Origin: an uncultured bacterium
GTDB taxonomy: Bacteria > Caldisericota > Caldisericia > B22-G15
Length of the DNA stretch: 11,199 bases
Direction of reading: 5' to 3'
Assembly (NCBI GenBank): GCA_965612865.1
Contig: CBFDTJ010000046.1
Coordinates: forward strand, 1 to 11,199
In this document: positions 1 to 8,602 of the stretch, piece by piece
Position numbering within the stretch: position 1 is the first letter of the stretch
Layout: each line of letters opens with the position of its first letter
The notes under the pieces: generated by a model
Databases searched by the model: none
What the model was told of the DNA's origin: nothing
What the model saw: the letters and a program-made list of their open reading frames with translations, nothing else
Made by a program: the position numbers and the translations under genes

Positions 1-1548
1 AAAATAGGTGTGGATAAATCCAACAATAAAACAAAGCCATTTTTAAAAACAGAAAAAAAAGATATAGTTGTAAAAAGCTTCAATGACTACAAAGAGACTT
101 TGGAAAAAGAAGGAATAGTCATGTCTTTAGAAAAAAGAATAGATATAATTAATTCCTCTCTTTTAGAAATGGAGAAAGAATTTCTTGTAGAGATAGACAA
201 AGATAAGAACCTTATGTATGAGCTGGCAAACCTTACAGAATCACCAAAAGTTTTCCATTTAATGTTATCAAAAGAGGCAAAAAAAATACCTCAGAGCATA
301 GTTTCTGGAATAGTCAAGATGGGGGCACGTATGTTTCCGGGTTTTAAAAATGGAGAAATTTTGTATGTTTTTGGAGTACAGAATGGAATAAAAAGGAGCA
401 CAGAAGTAATTAAAAATGGTTTTAACCGTATTGTTAGTGCCAAAATAGACGATGCTGTCTTTTTCTACAATAAAGATAGGGAAGTACAGCTTAAGGAGAG
501 AATTGACTTTTTAAAGTCTATAACTTTTGAAACACACTTGGGTTCTTATTACGACAAAACAATGAGACTTCTTAAGCTTACTTCTTTTATGGGAGAGATG
601 TTCAATCTCACAAATGAGGAAAGACTTATTCTGGATAGAGCAACACTTCTGTCAAAAGCAGATCTTGGAACTCTAACCGTTGCTGAGTATCCGGAACTAC
701 ATGGATTTGTTGGAAAAGAGCTTGCTCTGGAATCAGGAGAGAAAGAAGAAGTAGCACAAACTATACTTGATCATATCTTTCCTCGATTTAAAGGAGACAA
801 ATTACCATACACAAATACAGGTAAAGTTCTTGGAATAATTGATAGAATCGATACTCTTGTGGGAAGTTTTGCTGTAGGACTTGAGCCTACAGGTTCAGAG
901 GATCCTTATGGTTTAAGAAGAGTATCTATTGGTCTTTTATCCATCTTGGTTTCATTTAATAACACAGCTTCTCTCGGGGAGCTTATAGATATAGCCCTTA
1001 GAAATTTCGATAAAAATTTAGTGAAAGACTTTAAGAGAGATAATCTCTTAAAGTTTATAAAACAAAGATTTAAAACAATCCTCGAAGAATTAAATATAAG
1101 ATACGACATAATAAATGCAGTTCTTAAAAAAGATGATTTTTCACCTTACTTATCCTGTAAAAAAGCAAAGTTTATCGAGAAAAACTATAATTCGGAGGAA
1201 TTTAATGATTTCGTTCTCGCATACAAGAGAATATATAATATAGTTAGAGATTTTGAGGTACAGAAAAAATTAGAGGAGGAACTGTTTTCAACTGATTATG
1301 AAAAAAAACTTTTCTCTAAGTGCTGTGAATTAAAGAGAAAGGTTCAGGAATTAGATTTGATGGATTTTGAAAAGATTATGAATGAATTTTACTCTATAAT
1401 TCCGAATATTAACGACTTTTTTGATAATGTTCTTGTTATGGATAAAAATGAAAATGTAAGAGAGAATAGATTGTCTCTTCTCTCAGAGCTACTTAGCATA
1501 TTTAAGGAATTTGCATCTTTTGAGGAAATTATAAAAAAACAATCATAG
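1..1548 (+). CDS. glyS: Glycine--tRNA ligase beta subunit, 5'-partial (frame is open from base 1)
   Basis: Translation has GlyS-beta motifs LSKADLGT..VAEYPELHG, IDRIDTLVGSF..G..PTGSEDPYGLRR and the C-terminal DFFDNVLVMDKNENVRENRL..L. There is no in-frame stop before the GTG at 10, and 512 aa is shorter than typical GlyS (~690 aa), so the true start is upstream of the window. Confidence 0.95.
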   Translation, partial: KIGVDKSNNKTKPFLKTEKKDIVVKSFNDYKETLEKEGIVMSLEKRIDIINSSLLEMEKEFLVEIDKDKNLMYELANLTESPKVFHLMLSKEAKKIPQSIVSGIVKMGARMFPGFKNGEILYVFGVQNGIKRSTEVIKNGFNRIVSAKIDDAVFFYNKDREVQLKERIDFLKSITFETHLGSYYDKTMRLLKLTSFMGEMFNLTNEERLILDRATLLSKADLGTLTVAEYPELHGFVGKELALESGEKEEVAQTILDHIFPRFKGDKLPYTNTGKVLGIIDRIDTLVGSFAVGLEPTGSEDPYGLRRVSIGLLSILVSFNNTASLGELIDIALRNFDKNLVKDFKRDNLLKFIKQRFKTILEELNIRYDIINAVLKKDDFSPYLSCKKAKFIEKNYNSEEFNDFVLAYKRIYNIVRDFEVQKKLEEELFSTDYEKKLFSKCCELKRKVQELDLMDFEKIMNEFYSIIPNINDFFDNVLVMDKNENVRENRLSLLSELLSIFKEFASFEEIIKKQS

Positions 1549-1558
1549 AAGGAGAGGT
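1549..1558 (+). promoter_or_regulatory. Shine-Dalgarno site for ppdK
   Basis: AAGGAGAGGT lies immediately after the glyS stop and 4 nt before ATG 1563. Confidence 0.75.
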
Positions 1559-1562
1559 AAAA

Positions 1563-4280
1563 ATGCCAAAAAGAATCTATAAGTTTGAAGAGGGTTCAAA
1601 AGAGCTAAAGAGTTTACTTGGTGGAAAAGGAGCTGGATTGGCTGAAATGACAAGAATTGGACTTCCAGTCCCTCCAGGTTTTACAATAACAACAGAGGTG
1701 TGCATAGAATATTATAAAAGTGGAGAGAAACTTCCGGAGGGTTTGGATAAGGAAATTTTAGACCACATGGTGTGGCTTGAGGGAAAGAGTGGAAAGAAAT
1801 TTGGTTCAAAAGAAAATCCCCTTCTTGTATCTGTTAGATCAGGAGCACCTATTTCTATGCCTGGTATGATGGATACAATTTTGAATCTTGGGTTAAATGA
1901 CGAAACTGTTGAGGGATTGAGTGTGCTCACCAATGATGAAAGATTTGCCTATGATTCTTATAGAAGATTTATACAGATGTTCAGCAATGTAGTAATTGGT
2001 ATTCCTCACGAGAAGTTTGAAGAAGCTCTGACAAAGATAAAGGAAAAGTATAATGTAAAAGAGGATCCAGAAATTCCTCCTCAGGGTTTAAAAAAGTTAA
2101 TTAGAAATTTTAAAGATATATATAAAAAAGAAACAGGAGAAGATTTTCCTCAGGATCCATATAAGCAACTATTTATGGCTATAGAGGCTGTATTCAAATC
2201 CTGGAATAATGAAAGGGCAATAGTTTATAGAAAAATCAACAAGATACCAGATGATCTTGGAACAGCAGTGAATATAGTAACAATGGTTTTCGGCAACATG
2301 GGGAATGATAGTGGAACTGGTGTAGCGTTTACAAGGGATCCAAGAACTGGAGAGAAACATATGTATGGAGAGTTCTTGCCAAACGCACAGGGTGAAGATG
2401 TTGTTGCAGGAATAAGAACTCCACATGCTATAAATGAATATTCAAAACAAGATGCTAATAAGAATCTTCCAACCATGGAAGAGATGATGCCAGATGCATA
2501 TAAAGAGTTAGTAAATGCATCTCTCATTCTTGAGAAACATTACAGAGATATGCAAGATATAGAATTTACTGTGGAGAGAGGCAAGCTTTATCTTCTCCAG
2601 ACAAGAACAGGTAAAAGAACAGCAATGGCAGCTGTAAAAATTGCTGTGGAGATGGTGGATGAGAGTTTAATTTCCAAAGAGGAAGCAGTTATGAGAGTGA
2701 CACCTGAAAATATTGATACTCTTCTTCATCCACAGATAGATCCCAATGTAAAGAAAGATGTTATTGCAAAAGGCCTTGCAGCAAGTCCTGGTGCAGCTGT
2801 TGGTAGAGTTGTCTTTGATCCAGATGAAGCAGTAGAACTTGAGAAAAACGGAGAAAAGGTTCTTCTTGTAAGACCTGAAACAACTCCAGATGATATACAT
2901 GGAATGAATGCTGCTCAGGGAATCCTTACAGCAAGAGGAGGCATGACATCCCATGCAGCAGTGGTAGCAAGAGCGATGGGGAAACCTGCAGTTGTTGGAT
3001 GTGAAGAGCTATTCATAAATATAAGTGAAGGCTACTTTATTGCAAGAGATAAAAAGATTAAAAAGGGAGAAGTTGTTACCATAGACGGGACAACAGGAGA
3101 GGTGTATCTTGGAGAGGTTCCTCTAATTATGCCCTCTCTTAGTGGTAACCTTCAGAAAATTCTTAAGTGGGCAGATGAAATTAGAACTCTCGGTGTAAGA
3201 GCAAATGCAGATACTCCTGAACAGGCAAAGAAAGCAAGAGAATTTGGTGCAGAAGGAATTGGCTTAGCAAGGACAGAGCACATGTTTTTTGGAGAAGAGA
3301 GGCTTCCAATAATGCAGGAAATGATAATGGCGAGAACAGAAGAGGAAAGAAGAGAAGCTCTTAACAAGTTACTTCCAATGCAGAGAAATGATTTTGTGGA
3401 GTTATTTAAAGCTATGGAGGGTTTTCCGGTGATTATAAGACTTCTCGATCCGCCACTTCACGAGTTCCTCCCCAATAGGGAAGAAATACAGCAGGAGATA
3501 AATGAACTTAAACTTAGTTTAAAGAGTGCCGAAAGTTTAAGAAAAATGGATGAATTGATCTCTAAGATAAAAGAGAGGGAAAAACTCCTATCTATTATTA
3601 ACGAACTTCATGAGTTCAATCCCATGTTGGGTTTTCGTGGTTGTAGACTTGGAATTGTCTATCCTGAAATATATGAAATGCAGGTGAAAGCAATAATAGA
3701 AGCAGCAATAGAGGTTACTCTTGAAAATATAGAAATCTACCCTGAAATAATGATTCCTCTAATAGGTCATGTAAATGAGCTGAGATATCTTAAGGATAAG
3801 TTAGAAGAAACGATAAAAGAGGAAATAGAAAAAGCAGGGGTAGAAATTAAATATAAATTTGGAACAATGATTGAAATTCCGAGAGCGGCTTTAACTGCTG
3901 ATGAGATAGCTATGTATGCAGATTTCTTCTCCTTTGGAACAAATGATTTAACACAAATGACTTTTGGTTATTCAAGAGACGACGCTCAGGGCAAATTCCT
4001 TGCAAAGTATGTAGATATGAAAATTATAAAAGAGGATCCATTTAAAACACTGGATTGGGATGGTGTTGGTCAATTGGTTAGAATGGGAACGGAAAGAGGT
4101 AAAAAAGTAAAGAAAGATCTTGAAGTGGGAATATGTGGAGAACACGGAGGCGATCCAAAAAGCATAAAATTCTTCTTTAACGCAGGTCTTGACTATGTCT
4201 CATGTTCACCATACAGGGTTCCAATAGCGAGACTTGCTGCAGCACAAGCTGTAGTAGAGGAGAAACTTGCAAAGAAATAA
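1563..4280 (+). CDS. ppdK: Pyruvate, phosphate dikinase
   Basis: 905 aa. Motifs include LGGKGAGLAEM, PLLVSVRSGA..SMPGMMDTILNLG, QGEDVVAGIRTP, the phospho-His motif GGMTSHAAVVAR, RTEHMFF, SFGTNDLTQ and GICGEHGGDP. Confidence 0.99.
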   Translation: MPKRIYKFEEGSKELKSLLGGKGAGLAEMTRIGLPVPPGFTITTEVCIEYYKSGEKLPEGLDKEILDHMVWLEGKSGKKFGSKENPLLVSVRSGAPISMPGMMDTILNLGLNDETVEGLSVLTNDERFAYDSYRRFIQMFSNVVIGIPHEKFEEALTKIKEKYNVKEDPEIPPQGLKKLIRNFKDIYKKETGEDFPQDPYKQLFMAIEAVFKSWNNERAIVYRKINKIPDDLGTAVNIVTMVFGNMGNDSGTGVAFTRDPRTGEKHMYGEFLPNAQGEDVVAGIRTPHAINEYSKQDANKNLPTMEEMMPDAYKELVNASLILEKHYRDMQDIEFTVERGKLYLLQTRTGKRTAMAAVKIAVEMVDESLISKEEAVMRVTPENIDTLLHPQIDPNVKKDVIAKGLAASPGAAVGRVVFDPDEAVELEKNGEKVLLVRPETTPDDIHGMNAAQGILTARGGMTSHAAVVARAMGKPAVVGCEELFINISEGYFIARDKKIKKGEVVTIDGTTGEVYLGEVPLIMPSLSGNLQKILKWADEIRTLGVRANADTPEQAKKAREFGAEGIGLARTEHMFFGEERLPIMQEMIMARTEEERREALNKLLPMQRNDFVELFKAMEGFPVIIRLLDPPLHEFLPNREEIQQEINELKLSLKSAESLRKMDELISKIKEREKLLSIINELHEFNPMLGFRGCRLGIVYPEIYEMQVKAIIEAAIEVTLENIEIYPEIMIPLIGHVNELRYLKDKLEETIKEEIEKAGVEIKYKFGTMIEIPRAALTADEIAMYADFFSFGTNDLTQMTFGYSRDDAQGKFLAKYVDMKIIKEDPFKTLDWDGVGQLVRMGTERGKKVKKDLEVGICGEHGGDPKSIKFFFNAGLDYVSCSPYRVPIARLAAAQAVVEEKLAKK

Positions 4281-5382
4281 AACTATACGTGAAGAATTAG
4301 AAGATATAGAGAAAAAAACACTCTCCCCTTTAGGAACTAAATCCAGGGATACAAAAGGGAGAGTGTTTCCTGAGGAGAAGTGTCCTATAAGGACAGAGTT
4401 TCAAAGAGATAGAGATAGAATTATTCACTCGAAGGCATTCAGAAGATTAAAGGAGAAAACACAGGTTTTCTTTTTCCCGGCAGGAGACCACTATAGAACA
4501 AGACTTACCCATGTACTTGAAGTTTCTCAAATTTCAAGAGTTATAGGTAAAAGTTTAAGATTAAACGAGGATTTGATAGAAGCAATAGCGCTTGGACATG
4601 ATCTTGGACATGCTCCTTTTGGACACATGGGAGAAGAAATTTTAGATAAAAAATACAAAGAGTACGTTCCAGCTGGCGGCTTCAAACATAATGAACAATC
4701 ATTAAGAATAGTTGATGTGTTAGAGGAAGGATATAGAAATAAGGAAAGAAGCGGACTTAATCTAACATGGGAAGTAAGAGATGGAATACTTAAACACTCA
4801 AAAGGACTAAGAGAGATTAAGGAAGGAATTATTAAAGATATGCCAAAAACACCAGAAGGCCTTGTCGTTGCCCTAAGTGATAGAATAGCATATTTAAATC
4901 ACGATCTCGATGATGCTATAAGAGCTGGGGTTGTAAAAGAAAGTGATATACCCAGGAGCATAACAAAACTCCTTGGTAACGCAACTCCTGAGAGAATCGA
5001 TACTATGGTTAAAGATCTAATAAACAATTTTATACAAAAAGAAAATTTATTCTTCTCAGAGGAGATTTCCTATGTTATGGATATCTTTCTTGATTTTTTA
5101 AAGGATGTTCTATACTACAACGACGAAATAAGAGGAGAAGAGAGATTCAAAATAGAAAAAGTAATATCAGATATGTTTGATTATTTTATGGAAAAACCAG
5201 AAAAGTTACTGAGCTTTGTGAATAAATATGAACTTCCACAACAATTTTCTACTTGGGAAGATGCTCTTAAAATTAGAGAGATAAGGACAAGGTACGTATG
5301 CGATTATATATCCGGCATGACAGATGAGTACCTTTTAAGTTTATACAATGATTTATTTATACCTAAACCATGGACAAAGTAA
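4267..5382 (+). CDS. dgt: Deoxyguanosinetriphosphate triphosphohydrolase-like (dGTPase/dNTPase) HD-domain protein
   Basis: Motifs RTEFQRDRDRIIHSKAFRRLKEKTQVF, HYRTRLTH, LGHDLGHAPFGH.GE, DRIAY..HDLDDA and DYISGMTD. The TTG start is preceded by GAGGAG (4257-4262) and overlaps the ppdK end by 14 nt. The exact start is less certain. Confidence 0.95.
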   Translation: MQRNKTIREELEDIEKKTLSPLGTKSRDTKGRVFPEEKCPIRTEFQRDRDRIIHSKAFRRLKEKTQVFFFPAGDHYRTRLTHVLEVSQISRVIGKSLRLNEDLIEAIALGHDLGHAPFGHMGEEILDKKYKEYVPAGGFKHNEQSLRIVDVLEEGYRNKERSGLNLTWEVRDGILKHSKGLREIKEGIIKDMPKTPEGLVVALSDRIAYLNHDLDDAIRAGVVKESDIPRSITKLLGNATPERIDTMVKDLINNFIQKENLFFSEEISYVMDIFLDFLKDVLYYNDEIRGEERFKIEKVISDMFDYFMEKPEKLLSFVNKYELPQQFSTWEDALKIREIRTRYVCDYISGMTDEYLLSLYNDLFIPKPWTK

Positions 5383-7028
5383 AGGATCTGTATGAATTTG
5401 CAGAAGAACTCAGAGAGAAGGTAGATATAGTAGAATACATCTCTCAATACGTCAAATTGAAAAAGAGGGGAAAAAATTATATGGGACTGTGTCCATTTCA
5501 TCCTGATAAAAATCCATCGTTCAGTGTCTCAAGAGAGAAAGGTCTATTCCATTGTTTTGGATGTGGGGTTGGGGGAAATATATATCATTTCATAATGAAA
5601 ATTGAAGGTGTGGATTTCATAAAAGCCGTTGAAATACTGGCTAAGTGGGCAGGAATTGAAATTCCCAGATATAAAATTAGCAAAGAAAAAGGGGAAATAT
5701 ATAATCTTCATGAAATTTTTACATCTTTTTTTGAAAAGTTGCTCTACAAAACTCAGGAAGCCATAAACTACCTCAAGAACAGAGGACTTAAGGAAGAAAT
5801 CATATCTAAATTTAGGCTGGGTTATGCCCCGGAAGATATATCTTTTTTTCTTAAAGAAAAAGCTATAAAACCAGAATTGTTTAAAAAGACCGGATTGTAT
5901 CCCTTTTCGCATTTTGCAGGAAGGCTTATTTTTCCCATATTTGACACTGTGGGTAGAGTAATCGGTTTTTCGGGCAGAACTTTAAAAGATGAGGAGCCAA
6001 AGTATATAAATTCTGGTGAGTCAGTGTTTAAAAAAAGGGAAGCACTTTATGGTATCTTTCAGGCAAAAGATTCAATCCTTAAAAAGAGAGAAGTTATACT
6101 TGTAGAGGGCTATATGGATGTAATAATGCTTCATCAAAATGGCATAGAAAATACTGTTTCCTCTATGGGAACTTCTTTCACTATGGATCAAGGAAAGATA
6201 CTAAAGAGATTTGCAGATAGAATTTATATATGTTTTGATCCAGATATAGGTGGAATCTCGGGTACAAAAAGAGCTCTTGATATAGCCGAAACTTTAAATT
6301 TTGATGTACGGATAGTTGAGATACCAGGAAATTTTGATCCCGATGAATTTGTGTTTAAAAATGGAAAGGACAGCTTCTTTAATCTTCTAACAAATGCACC
6401 AGATGTAATAACATTTCTATGGAATGAAGCAGAGAAAATGCATAAAAATGAGGAAAGTTTTGTTCCACTTGTAAAAGATTTAATAGAGATAGTGAAGAGA
6501 ATAAAAGATCAAACTAAGAGATTTGAAATTATAAGAAAGATATCAGAGAGGACCAAATTTCCTGAAGATATAATACTAAATGAAATCAAGAGAAGGAGAA
6601 AGAAAAGAAGAAAAGGTGAGACTGTATTAGAACAAAAGGATCTCCTTGAGAAAGAGTTTTTATCAGCTATTGTTAAAAATGAGAGGTTTTTTAGTATAAT
6701 AAAAGATGAGATTGACGAGAATTACTTTTTTACAGAAAGATATAGAGAGTTGTACAAAAAGATTAACTCTAATTTAACTAAAGATGTACTGGAAGAAGAC
6801 TCTATCTACAGAGAGATACTCCTTAAGGATAGCGAAATAAGTGAAGAAGTTTTTTTTGACATTTTCAGAAGATTTAAGTTAAGATACCTTATGAGAGTCA
6901 AAGAGGAGATTATAAAGGAGATTAATAAGATAGATAAAGAGGATAAGGATAGGTTTGATTATCTAAAGTTAAAGTTATTTGAGATTGAGAAAGAAATAAA
7001 AAGTTTTTTACACAAAAAGGAGGTGTAA
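5370..7028 (+). CDS. dnaG: DNA primase
   Basis: CHC2 zinc finger CPFH...PSF...FHCFGC, RLIFPI, KYINS, and TOPRIM motifs LVEGYMDV, FDPD and DPDE. Overlaps the dgt end by 13 nt and sits directly upstream of rpoD. Confidence 0.98.
   Translation: MDKVKDLYEFAEELREKVDIVEYISQYVKLKKRGKNYMGLCPFHPDKNPSFSVSREKGLFHCFGCGVGGNIYHFIMKIEGVDFIKAVEILAKWAGIEIPRYKISKEKGEIYNLHEIFTSFFEKLLYKTQEAINYLKNRGLKEEIISKFRLGYAPEDISFFLKEKAIKPELFKKTGLYPFSHFAGRLIFPIFDTVGRVIGFSGRTLKDEEPKYINSGESVFKKREALYGIFQAKDSILKKREVILVEGYMDVIMLHQNGIENTVSSMGTSFTMDQGKILKRFADRIYICFDPDIGGISGTKRALDIAETLNFDVRIVEIPGNFDPDEFVFKNGKDSFFNLLTNAPDVITFLWNEAEKMHKNEESFVPLVKDLIEIVKRIKDQTKRFEIIRKISERTKFPEDIILNEIKRRRKKRRKGETVLEQKDLLEKEFLSAIVKNERFFSIIKDEIDENYFFTERYRELYKKINSNLTKDVLEEDSIYREILLKDSEISEEVFFDIFRRFKLRYLMRVKEEIIKEINKIDKEDKDRFDYLKLKLFEIEKEIKSFLHKKEV
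7017..7025 (+). promoter_or_regulatory. Strong Shine-Dalgarno site for rpoD, inside the last codons of dnaG
   Basis: AAGGAGGTG lies 6 nt upstream of TTG 7032. Confidence 0.85.
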
Positions 7029-7031
7029 AGC

Positions 7032-8111
7032 TTGCCTGAAAAATTCAAACATAAGGAGATAGAGAATTTAATAAAAGAAGGAAAAGAAAAGGGTACACTT
7101 TCTTATGAAGATATAATTGAAACCCTTAAATCTATTGAAGATCTTACTTCTGAAGAGGTAGATGAAATGTATGAAACACTTATAGAAGAAGGTGTTAAAT
7201 TTGGGGATAAAAAAGAGATTCAGTTGGAAACACAAAAAGAAGAGACAAAAGAGGAAGAAAAAAAGCAAGAGGAGGAGATGATTGGTCCTCTTGATCCTGT
7301 TAATGCGTATCTCAGGGAGATAAGTAAAATCCCTCTCCTTAGCCCAAAAGAAGAGTATGAACTTGCAAAAAAGATGAAAGAAGGTACACCTGAAGAAAGA
7401 GAAAAGGCCAGAAAAAAACTCATTGAGAGCAACTTAAGACTCGTGGTAAGCATAGCAAAGAAATACATAGGTCAAGGACTTCTCTTTCTAGACTTAATTC
7501 AGGAAGGAAACCTTGGGTTAATAAAAGCAACAGAGAAATTTGATTATAGAAAAGGATGGAGGTTCTCGACCTATGCTACATGGTGGATAAGACAATCCAT
7601 AACAAGGGCTCTTGCTGATCAAGCAAGAACTATAAGAGTACCTGTTCATATGGTAGAGAATATAAATAGGTTGAAGAAAGTTACAAGACAACTAATGCAG
7701 AAACTTGGAAGAGAACCAACAGATGAGGAAATCGCTAAAGAAATGGGACTCCCCGTTAAAAAAATACAGGATTTCAAAAGAATCGCCCAGGTTCCTATCT
7801 CCCTTGAGACTCCTGTGGGCGATGACGAAGATACAAGACTCGCAGACTTTGTAGAAGATAAAAGGATTCTTTCCCCTGAGGAGGAAACAATAATAAGTTG
7901 CTCCAACGAAGAACTCATGGAAATGCTTAAATTCTTACCAGAAAGAGAGAGGGAGATAGTAAAGTTAAGATTTGGACTTGGTGGTAATGTTCCTCACACT
8001 CTTGAGGAAGTGGGAGCAAAGTTTAATGTAACAAGGGAAAGAATAAGGCAGATAGAATCTAAGGCTATAAGAAGATTACGTCAGCTACTAAAGAAGGAAA
8101 AGAAAATATAA
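7032..8111 (+). CDS. rpoD: RNA polymerase primary sigma factor RpoD/SigA
   Basis: Acidic region 1.1, region 1.2 [10 protein letters not shown], region 2 [12 protein letters not shown]...[10 protein letters not shown]...[28 protein letters not shown], and region 4.2 [18 protein letters not shown]. Canonical dnaG-rpoD order. TTG start with a strong SD. Confidence 0.98.
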   Translation: MPEKFKHKEIENLIKEGKEKGTLSYEDIIETLKSIEDLTSEEVDEMYETLIEEGVKFGDKKEIQLETQKEETKEEEKKQEEEMIGPLDPVNAYLREISKIPLLSPKEEYELAKKMKEGTPEEREKARKKLIESNLRLVVSIAKKYIGQGLLFLDLIQEGNLGLIKATEKFDYRKGWRFSTYATWWIRQSITRALADQARTIRVPVHMVENINRLKKVTRQLMQKLGREPTDEEIAKEMGLPVKKIQDFKRIAQVPISLETPVGDDEDTRLADFVEDKRILSPEEETIISCSNEELMEMLKFLPEREREIVKLRFGLGGNVPHTLEEVGAKFNVTRERIRQIESKAIRRLRQLLKKEKKI

Positions 8112-8120
8112 AGTATATAT

Positions 8121-8567
8121 ATGGAAGAAATTAAAATAAGACCCATGACCAACAGGGATATCCCTGAAGTAGTATCCATTGAGAATGTAAGTTACTCTGC
8201 ACCGTGGTCTAGAAGAGAGTTTTATGGCGAATTAAATTTTAACAGGTTCGCCCGTTATTTTGTTGTAGAAATGAACCAGAAGATTATTGGGTATATAGGA
8301 AGTTGGTTCTTTAAGGATTTTGTTCACATCACAAATGTAGCAGTTCATCCAGATTTTAGAAAGAAGGGCATTGGAACAAAGTTGATGAATTATATAATAA
8401 ATCTTGCAAAGAGTAGAAAAGTTAAGAAAATAGTTCTTGAGGTAAGGGTATCAAACACTATAGCACAAAGACTCTATAAGAATCTTGGTTTTAAAGTAGA
8501 AAAAGTAAAGAAAGAATATTATCCAAACAACAAAGAAGATGCTTTCTATATGGTGAAGGTGTTATAA
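8121..8567 (+). CDS. rimI: Ribosomal protein S18-alanine N-acetyltransferase (RimI-like GNAT)
   Basis: 148 aa with IRPM...D...V..IE..S...PWS, HITNVAVHPDFRKKGIG (acetyl-CoA motif), LEVRVSN..AQRLY..LGF and YY....EDA..M. Confidence 0.92.
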   Translation: MEEIKIRPMTNRDIPEVVSIENVSYSAPWSRREFYGELNFNRFARYFVVEMNQKIIGYIGSWFFKDFVHITNVAVHPDFRKKGIGTKLMNYIINLAKSRKVKKIVLEVRVSNTIAQRLYKNLGFKVEKVKKEYYPNNKEDAFYMVKVL

Positions 8568-8570
8568 AAT

Positions 8571-8602
8571 ATTTAAAGGGGAGGATATCCTCCCCTTTAA
8601 AT
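8571..8602. terminator. Perfect 32-bp palindrome, likely bidirectional intrinsic terminator
   Basis: ATTTAAAGGGGAGGAT followed by ATCCTCCCCTTTAAAT, which is its exact reverse complement. It fills almost all of the 35-bp gap between the convergent stops at 8567 and 8603. Confidence 0.85.

Noticed and set aside
10..12. GTG at position 10 as the glyS start
   Set aside because: The frame is open to base 1 and the N-terminal part of GlyS is missing, so the gene starts outside the window.
4267..5382. dGTPase as an anti-phage nucleotide-depletion system, alone or with the 5'-nucleotidase
   Set aside because: It is the short housekeeping-type dNTPase in its usual position before dnaG, with no defence or mobile genes nearby. 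The nucleotidase is exported and separately transcribed.
906..7918. Short minus-strand ORFs (906-1109, 1712-1933, 2169-2426, 2225-2527, 2667-2954, 3152-3367, 5304-5501, 5544-5912, 7068-7268, 7220-7468, 7646-7918)
   Set aside because: All lie antisense to conserved genes, have F/S/I/L-rich shadow composition and show no recognisable motifs.
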